Source: Octopus sinensis (taxonomy: Eukaryota). From it: DNA of 64,000 nt. Location: assembly GCF_006345805.1 (NCBI RefSeq), contig NC_043000.1, positions 159,526,001 to 159,590,000 of the forward strand, read 5' to 3'. A model generated the notes under the pieces. That model made no database searches, was not told the DNA's origin, and worked only from the letters and a program-made list of their open reading frames with translations. Below are positions 63,800-64,000 of the stretch, piece by piece; the stretch's first letter is position 1; each line of letters begins with the position of its first letter. The position numbers and the translations under genes are program-made.

Positions 63800-64000
63800 G
63801 TTGTTGTTTGTTTGTTCCTTCAAGAAATATGCCTGGCTCATAAGGACCGTTTTCCCGGTTTCATTGGCGTATAGGTTCCCTAACTGAACGGGACGCCGGT
63901 CCGTCGCAGGTGAGCTGCTAGATGCAGGAAGAAAGAATGAGAGAAAGTTGTGGCGAAAGAGTCAGCAGAAGATCGCCATTACCTTCTGTTGTGCGGAGCT
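63800..64000 (-). mobile_element. SINE family C, tail type 2 (cut by the window edge)
   Basis: Homologous to 33252-33450. Confidence 0.85.

Noticed and set aside
1-64000. Most ORFs in the supplied track (YIYI, THTH, ERER, SLSL, CVCV peptides and MRNWYL..RKDERQSRPRRNL)
   Set aside because: They are translations of microsatellites or of the SINE family A antisense strand; they have no protein-family features.
1-64000. CRISPR arrays, rRNA genes, operons or other prokaryotic systems
   Set aside because: No regularly spaced repeat-spacer array, rRNA-like sequence or gene-dense coding region; the sequence is eukaryotic repeat-rich DNA.

Overview
AT-rich, repeat-dense eukaryotic non-coding DNA. 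The SINE families and microsatellite load match my recollection of Octopus genomes; this is an inference, not a database result. I cannot support any host protein-coding gene: nearly all ORF-track entries are translations of microsatellites or SINEs. The only recognisable coding remnants are transposon fragments: a CR1/L2-group LINE 3' end, an RTE LINE 3' end, an R4/Dong-like restriction-like-endonuclease LINE 3' end, and mariner transposase pieces. The rest comprises at least four tRNA-derived SINE families (several with exact target-site duplications, some nested), non-autonomous Helitrons, MITEs and foldback inverted repeats, and long simple or cryptically simple tracts. Two observations stand out. 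(1) On the minus strand at 56511-56597 there is a textbook recursive-splice architecture: a polypyrimidine tract, CAG|GTAAGT, a 59-nt cryptic exon and a second GTAAGT donor. A weaker second site lies at 47810, which suggests the window is inside a very long minus-strand intron. (2) A tRNA-headed element at 25056-25356 carries a minimal Penelope-type hammerhead ribozyme motif and a 21-bp 5' foldback over its Pol III A box.
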